Origin: Octopus sinensis
Lineage: Eukaryota
Reading direction: 5' to 3'
DNA length: 64,000 nucleotides
Assembly: GCF_006345805.1 (NCBI RefSeq)
Contig: NC_043006.1
Location: forward strand, 29,326,001 to 29,390,000
A program made the translations under genes and the position numbers. Shown here piece after piece: positions 40,915 through 54,452 of this stretch. The notes beneath the pieces are model-generated. The model was not told the origin of the DNA, ran no database searches, and saw only the letters and a program-made list of their open reading frames with translations. The first letter of the stretch is position 1, and the number at the start of each line of letters is the position of its first letter.

Positions 40915-41445
40915 TTAGAAAGGTTTTAGCCAGTATTGGCTCAGGCCATGTCTAACTTAATAGCACCACCTGGCGAAGTCTTTCAATTCAGGATTTGGGC
41001 ACCAAGGCCCATTCGAGCAGAGAGTTATTGTTTGCGGAGACATATCCGGGTGTGGGTGGTTTGTCCGGGACTGTTTGAAGGAATTTGTCCAAAGACTTCT
41101 TGAATTTTGTGTGGTCAGTTTCTTTTTTGATGTGTCCTGGTGTAATGTTGAAGAGAGCGGGTCCAATTGAGGTGAAATAGTTGTGCCGTATTGTCGTTAT
41201 GTGATGCGATTTAGATTTTTGTTGTGGACGGATGGCACGTGGTCCAAGCCTTGGATGTATTTTGAAGGTGATGCCAACATCATTCGGACAGTGCTGATGG
41301 AATATTTTCCACATCATACAGATAATGTAGTGTTCACAGCGTCGTTGGAGTGAATACAATTTCAGCTTCTCTAGTCTACCCCAGTAGTCAAGGTCTGACA
41401 TGCCATCTATCTTTTTTGTGATTGACCTTTGGGGAGCTTCAATTC
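40915..41445 (-). mobile_element. CR1/Crack-like LINE 3' fragment
   Basis: [53 protein letters not shown]. Confidence 0.85.
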
Positions 41446-41459
41446 TCATATTTTGTTTA

Positions 41460-41476
41460 CATATATATATATACAT

Positions 41477-41539
<63 letters not shown>

Positions 41540-41657
41540 CACATACATATATATATATATATACATACACATATATATATATATATACACATACATATAT
41601 ATACATACACACATATATATATACATATATATTATATATATATATATATACACATAC

Positions 41658-41722
<65 letters not shown>

Positions 41723-41777
41723 CATATATATATACATACATACATATATATACATACATACATACATATATATATAC

Positions 41778-41825
<48 letters not shown>

Positions 41826-41880
41826 ACATACATATATATATACATACATACATACATAATATATATATACATACATTATA

Positions 41881-41962
<82 letters not shown>
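41460..41962. repeat. Compound (TA)n/(TACA)n microsatellite
   Basis: About 500 bp of low-complexity sequence. Confidence 0.95.
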
Positions 41963-41965
<3 letters not shown>

Positions 41966-42221
41966 TTGCTCTCGGCAGCCTGAAAATATTTCAACGGCTG
42001 AATGTGCTGCCCAGATAGACAAACTTGTCTACCACTTTCAGAATTGTTCCTTCAACGAAGATGCTGGTTCTCGTGTCTGGTCCCAGCATGGCATCTTAAA
42101 GCAAACAAAAATTAATATGTACTGACATCACTCTTTTGCTCATGTGAGACATAGACCCTTTACAAATGTCATGTAAAGGTCGTTGAATGCTTTCATCAGA
42201 GATGTCTCAGACATGTGAATA

Positions 42222-42390
42222 GCACCCAACACACTCTGCAAAGTGGCTGGCATTAGGAAGGGCATCCAGCGGTAAAAACCATGCCACAACGCACAGTTGG
42301 TGTCTGAACAGCTCCCCAACTGGCCTGCTCCATGTCAACACCCAACCCATGCCAGCATGGAAAATGGATGTTAAATAATGATGATGATAT
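42222..42390 (+). mobile_element. RTE-type 3'-end fragment
   Basis: GGCATTAGGAAGGGCATCCAGC...CCAACCCATGCCAGCATGGAAAATGGATGTTAAATAATGATGATG. Confidence 0.75.
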
Positions 42391-43314
42391 TGACGATAAC
42401 AGTCACCACATGTTCATGGAGAAAATCAGCAAGATAAACTGGGAAAAGTCAATAGTTAGCCTTTAGAATGCATGAAAGGAAGAGAAGATAGAAGTGATCT
42501 GTGAAAACTGAGCTGATTATGATAGTTGTGTGATGGAACAACTGAAGTTGAATGGGGAGTAAAGTGTGGAAGAATCATTAGACTGTGTAGGAGGAAAGTA
42601 TAACTGTTTGGAATTATCCTTAAAAAGTAAACAAATTCTTTGTAACCAGGCATCATCTGATTCCTTTTCACCTATTCATTGCAACAATTCACACTCATCT
42701 TACAGGAATTCTTGCAAAAGATAAAACTCCAAAGGTAGGAAAAAGGACATATGTATGTTTTTATATTCCTTCAGTTGTTTCTTTCATCAAACTGCAACCA
42801 TACTGAGGCACCATTCTCAAAGATTTCAGTTAATCATATCAAATCTCAGAATATTTTGATTAGTTTAGTACTTATTTTATTGTTTTCTATAAGTCAAACT
42901 GCTAAGTTGTGAAACATAAAGACAATACTTTCACAGAGAATGTCACGTACACATATAGGGATTCATGCAAACGTTTCTACCCACCAATTTTCCCTCACAT
43001 GATATTGACCATTCCAACACTCTAGAAAAGAGACACCTGTCCAAAGTGTCCTGCCACAGGACTGAATCTGGAACCACACATCAACAACATTTAGTCAAGC
43101 ATCAGATAACATCGCTTTATTTTCATTAAAATGCCCAAATACAGTGGAATTTAATCCAGTTCTTTTTTTTTTAGTCATTGGTTACAGGGATAAAATATCA
43201 GCAAAAAATATATATTCTGATAGTATTTCTGGAATCTTTTCACAAAATATAACTGTTAATTCATGGATACAAAAGTATTAGATGAATAATAACAACAACA
43301 ATAATAGTAATTTC

Positions 43315-43520
43315 TAATTTTGGCACAAGGCCAGCAATTTTGAGGGGAGGGGGTTAGTCAATTACATCGACCCCCAACCCCCCCAGTGATCAACTGGTAC
43401 TTAATTTATTGACCTCAAAAGGATGAAAGGCAAAGTGTACCTTGGCATAATTTGAACTCAGAACATAAAGAGCCAGAGGAAATGCCACTAAGCATTTGGC
43501 CCGACACATTAAAACCATTT
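43315..43520 (-). mobile_element. SINE fragment (related copies at about 52430-52560 and 52745-52900, + strand)
   Basis: GGTACTTAATTTATTGACCTCAAAAGGATGAAAGGCAAAG..TTTGAACTCAGAAC recurs in reverse orientation near 52.4-52.9 kb. Confidence 0.6.
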
Positions 43521-43992
43521 TGCCAGGTTTTGCCAATAATGATAAAGTATCAAAGTCTAAACTTTTATACATAAGGTAAAAAAAAAAATTTCCTTCTTTT
43601 TCTTTAAACCAGAGAATTGAATTAAAAATGTTTTGAAAAGAAAAACATAAAAATATTTGAATTATATCAGGAAAGATGCTTACAGAAAATGCATTTTAAA
43701 TTCTAATCAAAAGTTAGAATTTGAAAATGTATGCATGGAAGATTTTTTCTAAAAATATAAATCTGTATGCATGTATATGTGCATGTGCTTGTGTGTACAT
43801 ATGAATATATATGTATGTGTGTGTGTGTGTGTATGTGTGTGTAGATAATATATATATGTATGTACGTACGTATGTATGTGTGTATGTATGTGTGTGTCTG
43901 TATGTATATTCATATCTACAGCCTTTCTTATGAATATTCAAATGACTGTCTGCACATGAACAATTGCACATACTTCAATGTTTATATATATA

Positions 43993-44057
<65 letters not shown>

Positions 44058-45998
44058 TATATATAATAAAACATAAGCACATAAAGTTCTTCACAGGTTA
44101 AAAATCATAGTTATGGCATGGAGCTATATACATAGAAAAAGAAAATTAAAAGAATGGTTATTTTATAAAATAATGTGTGATACACATTCACATCTCACAT
44201 CCATTTATGATTTCATGAAAACTTTGGTTGGTTAGTCATTTTGTATGTGTTTTTTTTTTACTGATTTTGCTTTGTTTTTATTTTGGTATAGCAGAGCAAG
44301 TATATAAAACAGTGAGCATAATATAATATCTATACTTATGAAATATGCCATTGTTAAACACATTTTAAGTTTTCCAAAATATCAACTTCATCTTTCACAA
44401 CAGATTTTCTTCCTTCTATTTCTGACATTCTCTAGTTGTCTTCATTTGTAACAGATAGGCATATCCTTTGGTTGTACTGGAAGTAAAAGTTCTGGTGTTT
44501 GATTCAAAATCAAGCCAAAGTATAGTATTATTTGTATGAAATAAAAAACAGAAAAATGGGTTTCTGAAGACAATTAGAGAACACAACTACTAATCAAAAT
44601 GATGTTAGACACACACACACACACAAAAAAAAAAAAAAAATTAACAGCTTGGAAATCCCAGGTACTATTTATACAATTATTAAAAAAATATTTAATGGCT
44701 AATTAAGTGGAGAGGTTTCATTAATAGCACCAAACCACACTCTAAATAATGAGCACAAGAAAATCTAGCAAAGACAACTGTTGAATACACCTGAAATAGA
44801 GTGGCTGTGAAACATCACAAGCACAACTCCTGACATCAATAACTATTTAGAGAACTTTAGTTCTGCGATTCGATGATGTGAGGGCAAGGATTTCTTTGAT
44901 AATTTGGCTTGGGTAAAAATCAGGTACACAAGAATAAAATATTTAATTCCCTGTAAGCAACAAATCACTGTTATTGTGACATGCAGTAAGAATTGTAATT
45001 TATGATTTTGATTTTAAAAATTGGCCTGTAAAAAAACTATGGTCCCATTTAAAAAGTATTTTTGAAAAAAAAAAAAAAAAAATTAGTGAGTAAAAGGAAA
45101 AAGGAACAAATAACAACAATAATAGAATAACCCCTCTTTCACTAATTAATCTTAGAGAAGTAAGAAATTGCACAACCATCTGGAAACTAGTCATTCTTCA
45201 AATATGCTAACCCAATTGGCTTCAAACCACTATAGGTGTGTTTCCCAGAAATCTTGACATGTTGCTTTCCATTTCTGTATCTTTCAATTACTGCAGCAGC
45301 TATCTTTCAAACACACACACACACACATATGCGCATGCACGCACACCACACACACACATATGCGCATGCACGCACACACACACCTACTCAAACATGTTTC
45401 TCTGTGGATGGGTGTATATGTGTTTATACACATATCACACATAAGCTATTGATATGACATGCACACATATACACTGGCCTCTTGTTGCCTATTTCGATAT
45501 TATATACACACACACATTCTACCATTATATACATGAAATCTTACTTTCTGTAATACACTCTCTAGTTTCTTTAGACTATTTCTCTAACTTTCTCAATTTC
45601 TTTTCAATATATATTTCTCATTCTTTTGTTTTTCTTAATATACTCTTTCTCTAGACTTAGCCTTTTTAAAATCCTTTAAAAGCACACAAACATGCATACA
45701 AACACAATACTTACAAAATTTCATCTAGATAACCCCAAAGAGTAAATGACTATTGTTCTTAATTACAACAATTGTTATTCACAGTCATTAATCAGTCAAT
45801 ATTTTAAATAAGGAAAACTGCTACGAGTTTCCTCATGAACAAAGTTGACAATTCTGTGGATACAAACAAAATATTCTTAAATACAGAAAATATGAGTCAC
45901 TCAGGCCCTCAGAATAAATTTCTCTTTCAATTATTGTTAATGTCTCTTCTTTGTAACCATCAGTTTTGGAAGTCTTTCTTGAAAATTTACCAACAAGC

Positions 45999-46684
45999 TC
46001 ATGGATCAATTTCATGAATCGTCGGCTCTTTTTGTCGGTTTGATGTTGCCCTTGTTGAAAAGGTTTCTACATGTTCTTTTTGAAGATCTTTGCATTCTTG
46101 AATGTTCTCACACAAAGCGGCTGATTGGCAATCAGCATCATTGTTCTCATCTTCTGAAGCAGACAGATCGAGATTCAACTGCTCAAAGAGACCAATTGGT
46201 ACAAGGCTTGCAGCACCACCTTTGCCTTTACCTTTAGATTTTGTCTTACGCAGATTCCGTTTGCCTGGTAAGCGGCGGCTATGAGAAATAGCATCAAGTT
46301 CTGAACCAGAACTGGACTCAGGTGGTGCAAAATTATCTTTTCTTGAAGAGCGTTTTGTCTCAGGAACATGCCTCAGAAAATTTACAATAGGCACTGGTGT
46401 ACTGTTACCATTATTATTATGGGTTGTTGCTTGTCCACTGTCAACTAATTTGGTACATTTATAAGTAGGCTTGGGAGGTAACTCCTTGTTTTTTCCAGGA
46501 CTGTTATTTGAAAAGCTTCCAGTCTTGTTATCCACCTCAATTTTGCTTTTAGTAGGTTTACATTTTAAGGCCACTGAAGTTGGTTTTATTTTAGAAGAAG
46601 AATCAAAATGCGGTACAGATTTCTGGAAAGCTTCTGGATTGTTTCCTTGGACATTTTCTGATAAAGAATCATCATATCCATTAT
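45999..46684 (-). CDS. Polycystin-family gene, last coding exon (low-complexity tail)
   Basis: Pyrimidine tract TTCTTTTAG| phase 1; (D)NGYDDSL...IHEIDP-stop, open for 686 nt. Confidence 0.8.
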
Positions 46685-47329
46685 CTAAAAGAATAAATGG
46701 AAGTTAAATAAAATAAGATTATTTTATTACAAAATATTGCAACATATAATACATTATAGGCAGTGACAAACAAATCAGTTGAACTGTAGAAGCTATGTAT
46801 GAGCCAAGAGTTAATTTATATTGCAGGCATTCTATTGAATCTCTGAAGATATCCTTTAATTCTATGAAGAAACCTTTATGCAGTTACTTGCTCTGCAATA
46901 AATACCATCCAAATCTTATTCATATCACATTGTAAAATGGAAACATTACATGGATAATGTGACCTGGAAGCTTACTATCCAAGAAAATTAGGATGGTCAA
47001 GATTGACCTGTAGCTAAACAAAAATTTAATGCACTCCACTTAAAATAGTGGACATTACTATCCAGAGAATTAGTTACTTCTCATCTACTAAATGCTTTAA
47101 AGTGTTCATTTGCCTTTTTAAAAATCAATGACTAATATGATAGTTATTAAAATGAAATACAGAGGCACAGTAGCATTCCACTGGCCTCAAGAAAATAGTG
47201 GCACCAGCACCCATGAGCCCACAAGATTAGGATTCCTCAACTGAAGAGGGATGCAGGAAACATGCTTATATTCAAGGACATCCACGATTTCACCCAGTCC
47301 AACATGTCTTCTTTTCAAGCACAGCAAAC

Positions 47330-49360
47330 TGGCAGACTAACAGAGGTAGTAGCTGTCTGGACTTTGCCCAGCCAATTGTTCTAGGAACTTATGCTTTTGG
47401 AACAATCTCCACCACAACTAACTTGGTCACTTAAGTAATGTAAACTGTCTACTACTTCTAAGGATTCCCCCTGACATTTGAAGAAGTCTATTTTTTGTTC
47501 ATTCCTGGTGTTTAATGTCCCTGCACATCTTCCACATGTAAAGACTACTTTCTCTGTTAATCTTTCAGTGATACTGCTGCACTTCTTATGTGTCCATAGC
47601 TTGCATAGGGCACACTGTATGGAGTTTCTCTTGACACCCATGCTACATAACAAACAAAGCCATATTCTTGAAAATATCTGTAATTTTTTCTGTTTTCCTA
47701 CTTATTAGAACTTTGGTCTTTGCTAAATTAACTCTAAAGCCCTTTGATTCCAGACCTTGCTTCCATACTTGAAATTTCTTCTCTAGTTCTGGTAGTGATT
47801 CAGCAATAAGAACAAGGTCATTAGCATAGAGGAGCTCCCAAAGGCAGCCAATCATAAATTCCTCAGTCATAGCTAGGAGGACTATGATAACCAAGAAGGG
47901 GAGGGGGCTGAGAACCAATTTGTACACTAAATTCCTTGCTATGCTCACTTGTGATGTTCACCCTACTAACAGCATCCCTGTACATATCTGTCTTCATATT
48001 CGTAACTGCTTTATCTACAAGGCTACTGTTGATTCAGATAACCAGCCTATCTGCTGGGTTCACATGAAGCAGGCTCTCCTTCTCCCATGCATTCTCAACA
48101 TTTAGCAACCTTCCATAGTGGCACTTCTAAGTCTCCTTCTTTGCAGAATCATTAACTGCAAGGGAGCCATCCTACATGTGAACACACTCCTGTCCAACAT
48201 AATGACTTCCAACATACTGTCTTGCAATCCAAAATACCTCAAGCCTCTGGTCTTCATGCCACAGAACATTGGCAAACTTCCTCCTTTCTGCTTCTCCCCT
48301 GACTATACCTGTCTTCTAGCCTCCCTCTTAGCTATCTGATATAGTTCCCTGCTACTTCCATTCTTCCAAGCCTGCTTGTTCACTCTAATAGCCTTGTCTA
48401 TAATGTTGTTCCATCACTACATCACACTAGGTCTGGTTGGGACTTTGTACCAGCTACAGATTTGGTCTGTGGCACTCAGCAAGCTGTCTCATAGTAACTC
48501 CCAGTTGCCCTTTAGGTTACACATCTGTAGTTCTTCCTTCTTCTTATTAAATTTCTCAATTAGAGTGTCCCTAAATTTCTAACCATTTAAAGGATCCTTA
48601 AGCTGCCAAATTGTTATTTTCCAGACTACTCTGCTTCTTGGAATCCTTCTAGCCTGTCTAAAGTAACTTATGACTAACCTATGCTTGGGGTGGGGGGGGG
48701 GGCATTTTTCACTAAGGGAGGTCTTTGCATTTATGAGCTACCATCCATCTCATTTTTGGTGAGAATGTATTCAATCTGGCTAGTATGGTCACCTGATTGA
48801 TTGGCTCTCAGGTGACTGGCTGGCTTTCTGAAGTTGGTGTTGCAGATCATTAAATTTTTTGCATTACAAAATTTCAGTAGCTTTGTTCCCTCCTCATTTC
48901 AGGAACCAATTCTATGTACCCTGTGAAAGATAACTGGGTGCTGCCCAATATGTCCACTGAAATCACCAGCCATGAAGATGAGGTCATTATAATTTGTCTC
49001 TGAGGTAGCCTGCAAAAGAATATCATAAAAATGGTGATTTTGTTCACTTGGCAGACCTGCTTGTCGAGCATAGGCAGAGCTAATTGTTGCTGCACTACTC
49101 AGCAAAACTTGCCAAAGTTTAAGTATTCTGTCACACACTCTGACTACCTCAATCACCTTATCCATCGAATTCACTGCTAGAAATGTGCCAACACCATCTA
49201 CCACATCATTGTTACTTTCCCAGAAGATTTTATACCTATGTTTGCTGCCCATGAGGAACCTGGTTGAAGCTGCCCTCCACCTTACTTCTTGAATGCACAC
49301 ACACCAACAAATCTCCGTTCAAGCACCTCTGCAGACCTACCTTTCAATGTGTTTATATTA
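47330..49360 (-). mobile_element. Old, internally deleted RTE copy in the last PKD intron
   Basis: Broken fragments CIQEVRWR..AYARQAGL..AGDFSGH (APE), WELLYANDL..VNLAKTKV (RT), CSMGVKRNSIQCALCKLWTHKKC (PHD). Confidence 0.88.
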
Positions 49361-50139
49361 ACAGTGTCAACTCTGAGGAAGTGGAAAGGGACATGGGAGG
49401 AAGCATGGAAACGGGGGATGGAATTCAGCATCTGAATTCAATGAGCATTTGCTAACAGACATGTCTTATCAGCTGTCCTTGCATAAATCTAACATAATTA
49501 ATTCATACAACAATTACTGCCTCTATTGGAAGTGGCTGCAATACAAGCATTGTTTAATATAAGCACTTTTGATACCAACATAAATAGATAAATAAAAATA
49601 GTTGATTAGTTAATTCAGTAAAAGTAGAGAGAAAAGAATAGTTAGTTTGTTAATTGACTAACTAAGTAATGCAGTTTTGTTTTGGTGCATGCAATAATGT
49701 GGATGAGACAACAGGAGGGAAGCTTTCTAGTAAAGAGGAAAAGATTCTGGTCTAGGTGGTTGGGGTGAGAATAGGTGGGACCATCACAAATCCGGAAAGA
49801 AGAAGGAGATAAAAACTGTATCTTTGCAAGTCAAGACAGAAATAAAGAGGGAGAACAGTAAAGTCAAGGAAAAAAGATTGTAAATTGAGTTAGACTTGCA
49901 ATTACATTATGAGTAAGAATGGTTAGTGCTAAACATGCTAACATACAGAAATAGTAAGTTGAGGAGGATAATACAAATATTTAAAGGGAGTCAATAATCA
50001 AAACAAACTTATCTGTTCCTTATTTTCAACTTGCACAGAAATGAAACTGCTAGGGTAAACATTAGAGGTAGCAATAGGCTAGGACACATATATATTACAC
50101 ACACACACACATATACATATACCTGTGTTATGCAAATTG

Positions 50140-50354
50140 GCACCCATGTCGGTGGCATGTAAAAGCACCCTGGTATCATGCAAATGGCACCCATTACACT
50201 CTTGGAGTGGTTGACGTAAGGAAGGGCATCTAGCCATAGAAAACTATGCCAAATCATACTGGAGTCTAGCGCAGCCTTCCAACATGCTAGCCCAGTCAAA
50301 CTGTCCAACCCATGCCAGCATGGACAATAGACATTAAATGGTGATGATGATGAT
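50140..50354 (+). mobile_element. RTE-type 3'-end fragment
   Basis: Shared terminus and (GAT)n tail. Confidence 0.75.
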
Positions 50355-50805
50355 ACACACACACATACATAATTGCCATCTCTGAAGAGCACAGGGTTAC
50401 ATAATCAGATTGTTACCTAACGCTCTGTTGAACTCCTAGTGTGAAACCAATCAGTAAGATCAGCCGTAATGGATATACACAACTGTAGACTTCAATTAAT
50501 GTCTCCACTCTACTGATAAATATTTGAGTGCATTTTTTCTCACTTATGAATTCTTAGACATGCATATGTGTGTGTGTGTGTACATATGTATATGTGTGTA
50601 TTCATATACATATATGCACGTGTGTATGTATGTCTATATGTATCATCATCATCGTTGTTGTTTAACATCCGCTTTCCATTCTGGGTCAGATGGTTTGACT
50701 GATAAATCTGGCAAAGTTTCTACAGCTGGATGCCCTTCCTATACATATATATATTGATTGATTCTAGTTTCAGCTCACGAGCTGTGGCCATGCTGGGGCA
50801 CTGCC

Positions 50806-50847
<42 letters not shown>

Positions 50848-50877
50848 TAAATGTGTATGTGTCTGTATGTATATATA

Positions 50878-51300
50878 TTGGGTCATCCCCTAAATAATGT
50901 GGTATTTTATACGTCTTTTATTTTTCAAAATTAAGATAAACAAAGATATCTTTTAATCTAAGCTATACTCTCCTTCATTTCCTACAGTGCACTTCCATCT
51001 ATCTGGTAGATTTACAAGGTCCCTCTTACAAAATTCACTTGTTCCTGACTAAAATACACCTCCAGTACTGTTCTGATCTTGTCTACAGAATTCGTATTTT
51101 TCTCATCCAAATGATATTGAAGATTGCGAAATAAATGACAACCAGATAGAGTAATTTCTGGCAAATATGGTGGGTGGGGCATCGTTTCCCATTCAAACTG
51201 CTCCAGCCTTTGGAATGTCATCCTCACTGTATGTTGCCAAGCATTATCCTGATTGAAGAACACCTTTTCCTCTTGAAACCAAAAATGGGCACATAAAAGG
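50878..51300 (-). mobile_element. Mariner remnant (C-terminal catalytic region plus one TIR)
   Basis: TA|TTGGGTCATCCCCTAAAT TIR; QDNAWQH..WETMPHPPYLPEITLSGCHLF resembles the mariner HDNARPH..HPPYSPDLAPSD motif. Confidence 0.85.
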
Positions 51301-51584
51301 TGCAACAGTATTCTGGAGGCCTTCTTACAAATTGTCACTTATTGGAAAGCGAATCAACCCCTGATCACACACTACACACCTTCCTCCTGAGCACTGCTGT
51401 AAACGGCGGAAGTGAGCTACAATGTTAAAACTTAGTGCACAGCAGAGTTCAAGGTCAATCTGTGCCAAGCAGTTCCACCCTGTCTGCTTTAGCTTTGTTA
51501 CTATGGCAATAGTATGAATACTTATTGATCAGACCATGTATGAATATATATATATATATATATATATTATATCTGTAGATATAA

Positions 51585-51779
51585 TATGTGACAATTATTC
51601 GGTAGCCATGATAAAACTCTGAATTTCGGATGTCGGTGTGGAAACCCATGCCACCATCTCTTCAGTTATCCAGCCACTTTTTTTGAATGGCCAGATAAAT
51701 GAAGAGATGGCGGTGTGGGTTTCCGCCCCGACATCCGAAACTCAGAGTTTTATCATGGCTACCGAATAATTGTCACATA
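51585..51779. repeat. Inverted repeat, ~92-bp arms, 11-nt loop
   Basis: Outer 38 bp are perfect; 9 differences counted in the inner part. Confidence 0.95.
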
Positions 51780-51862
51780 GTACATTTACAGAGAACTTCC
51801 TCTATTTACATAATATCGAGGTATCTTTCATTCTCTTGTTGTCTTAGCATTTCTATCAATAC

Positions 51863-51928
<66 letters not shown>

Positions 51929-52129
51929 GCAGCAGTAACAGTGAGAAGACAAGGTTGTTGCTGGAAGTAAGCACCATACTGATGGAACTACGAACAAAGA
52001 ATTTCTCTCTCTCTCTCACACACACACACACAAATATATATCCAAATTGAAGGAGTGGAGCAAGCAGGTATATATATTTTTATTCTCAACTGTAGTAATG
52101 ATAAATCTGAAACAAATCAAAATATTTAC

Positions 52130-52332
52130 CCATTTCTGGCGTTTTAGAGAACTGGACTTGAGCCTGTTGAGAACTGCTGTCTGAAATAGAAGATGGAGAC
52201 CTTTCCACACTTGGACTCTCTTGCATGGAGGTCGTGCTGGAATCATTACTAAGTCTTTCATCATACAAAGGTGCAATGTGGCCTTGTCGTTGCATTTGAA
52301 GTTGACAGAAGATTTTCAGTTCCAACTGTGAC
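52130..52332 (-). CDS. Polycystin-family gene exon (tail)
   Basis: TTGCAG| (R)SQLELKIFCQLQ...KTPEM |GTAAAT, phase 2 to 1. Confidence 0.8.
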
Positions 52333-52951
52333 CTGCAATAGTTATTAAAAAATGTTTCCCTTATTCTCATAATTAAGAAGATGCCAGTGCTTTGACATAA
52401 TACATAAAGCTGCAAGAAAATGTGCTTTTAATGTTCTGAATTCAAATCTCATCAACATCTGCTTTGCCCTTCTTTCTAGGGACTCAATAAGTATCAGCTA
52501 AGCACAACAGCTGATCAGCTCAACTGTTTACTGCTCCAAAATTTGTGATCTTGTGCATATTTCGAAATCCCAATACTTGCTGACAAATTAGTAAACTGAT
52601 CTACTGAACTATAATTATTTGAGTGTTAATTATTAAGTTATGTTAGTTTATGCCCAGTATTGAAAACTTTCTGAGGTTGATTTCATCTCCTACTCTCCTA
52701 AGTAAATCAAATTTCACTGATTGACTAAACTCCTCCTCCTCCATGCTCTGAGTTGAAATCCTACTGGAACCAACTTTGCCTTTTATTCTTTCAAGGTCAA
52801 TAAAAAACGTACCAGTCAAGTACTGAGGTCAAAGTTATCAACTAATCCTCTCCCTAAAGCTGTTGGCCTTCTGCATGAACTGGAAACAGGCAGACATGCA
52901 GGTACAATAGACACTAGATAGGCACTAGGGAGGAGGATGATGATGATGATG

Positions 52952-53335
52952 ATCATCATCATCATCGTTATTTTGATGTCTGTTTTCCATGCTGGCATGG
53001 ATTAAATGGTTTGACAGGGGCTGGCTGGATAGAGGATAGCACCAGGCTTCTGTGTCTGTTTTTGCAGGGTTTTTACACCTGGATGCCCTTCCTAACACCA
53101 ATCACTTTACAGAGTAGACTGAGTGCTTTTTACATGGCACCAGTGAGACCACTTTTGGCATCATTTTTACGGCTGGATGCTCTTCCAGACACCAACCACT
53201 TTACAGAGTGCACTGGATGCACCAGCACTGGCAAGTTCACCAAGTAACTTGCAAGACAAAGGTCCTTTGAGAGGAGGGGCATTGGAGAGGGTGGCCTTGT
53301 GCGAGGTGATGAGAGATTAGAGTGTGACAAAGGAT
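52952..53335 (-). mobile_element. RTE-type 3'-end fragment
   Basis: CATCATCATCG..TTTTCCATGCTGGCATGG..CTGGATGCCCTTCCTAACACCAATCAC. Confidence 0.75.
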
Positions 53336-53559
53336 AGAAACAAGTGTCAAGCTGTAGAGGAGATACATGGTTACCAGTCAGAAGAAGAAGAAGAAAAGAA
53401 GAAGAAGAAGAGAGAGAGAGAGAGATGTAAACAAAGAAAAACTTGGAGGAAAAGAAGACGACAAAAGATATAGCATGGAAAGAAAAAAAAATGTAGCATT
53501 TGTAAGAGATATGAATGCCAAGACAAATACAAAAGAATGGTGGTTATGATTCAGACAGA

Positions 53560-54280
53560 AGCAGTTATATGTGCAGCACAAGAACAAATACTAAAGATGA
53601 AGAACGTGAAGAGCAAAACTGAGAACAGAACTGAGAGCAAGAAATACAGAATGTGTGGTGAGAGGGGAGAAACGGTAATGGCACATTGTTAGCGAATGCC
53701 TGAACTGGGACAACATGAATACAGAAGATGAGATGACAATGTGACAAGTATGACCCATTGGGAGCAGTGTGGAAATTATGAGTGAGAAAGATGAAAGGCA
53801 TGGTTTGACCAAATCTCAGAAGGAGTTACTGAGAATGAAAATTGCAAAACCCTGTGTGATGCAATGATTCAGTGTGACCATCAGATCAGACATCGGAAAC
53901 CTAACACTGTTGTGGTGAACAAAGAAGGAAAAAAATTGCATGATAACCAACAGTATGTCCTGGTGACAACAGGATCAAAGAGAAAGAAGAGGAACAACTA
54001 TGATGAATTGAAGTGGGAAATACACAGGTTGTGGGCAATGAAGAAAGTGGATGTGATACCGATAGTAACTGGCACACTTGGAACTATCAGGATTTGTACA
54101 AATGTAAAGATAGAACACCCACAAAAATCCTCTTTGCTTGGAACTGCAAAAAGTTCTCTGCAGGGTTCTTGAAGCATAATCACTAAACAAGTGTCATCTT
54201 AGTCTACTGGCTGAAGACAGCTGATATTTTCCACCTAGTAAAATAAGCTGAGAGTTTTCATCAAATAATAATAATAATAG
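53560..54280 (+). mobile_element. 3' fragment of an R4/Dong-like non-LTR element (CCHC finger + restriction-like endonuclease)
   Basis: Decayed YRMCGERGETV, IRHRKPNTVVV, VDVIPIVTGTLG, QKSSLLGTAK; (TAA)n tail at about 54265-54279. Confidence 0.75.
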
Positions 54281-54297
54281 ATTGTGAGTTTACACAC

Positions 54298-54452
54298 CTC
54301 AGTTCATTTTCCTTCTCAGGTGACAACATTTCTTCATCAGATTTCTGGCCCTTGATTAATGGTGCCAAATAAGGTTCTTTTGAACAGAGATTTTCTTCTA
54401 TCTTTTGAACACGCATTTCCAATCTATCTTCATAAAGCAATTCTCCCCGAAC
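54298..54452 (-). CDS. Polycystin-family gene exon (tail; absent from the ORF track)
   Basis: CAACACAG| VRGELLYEDRLEMRVQKIEENL...ENEL |GTGTGT, phase 0 to 2. Confidence 0.72.

Noticed and set aside
40988-42125. Long Y/I/H/M-rich ORFs (up to 294 aa), and similar ORFs at 8.4-10.5, 34.7-35.1 and 37.3-37.9 kb
   Set aside because: Translations of microsatellites; only the C-terminal part of 40988-41872 is real LINE homology.
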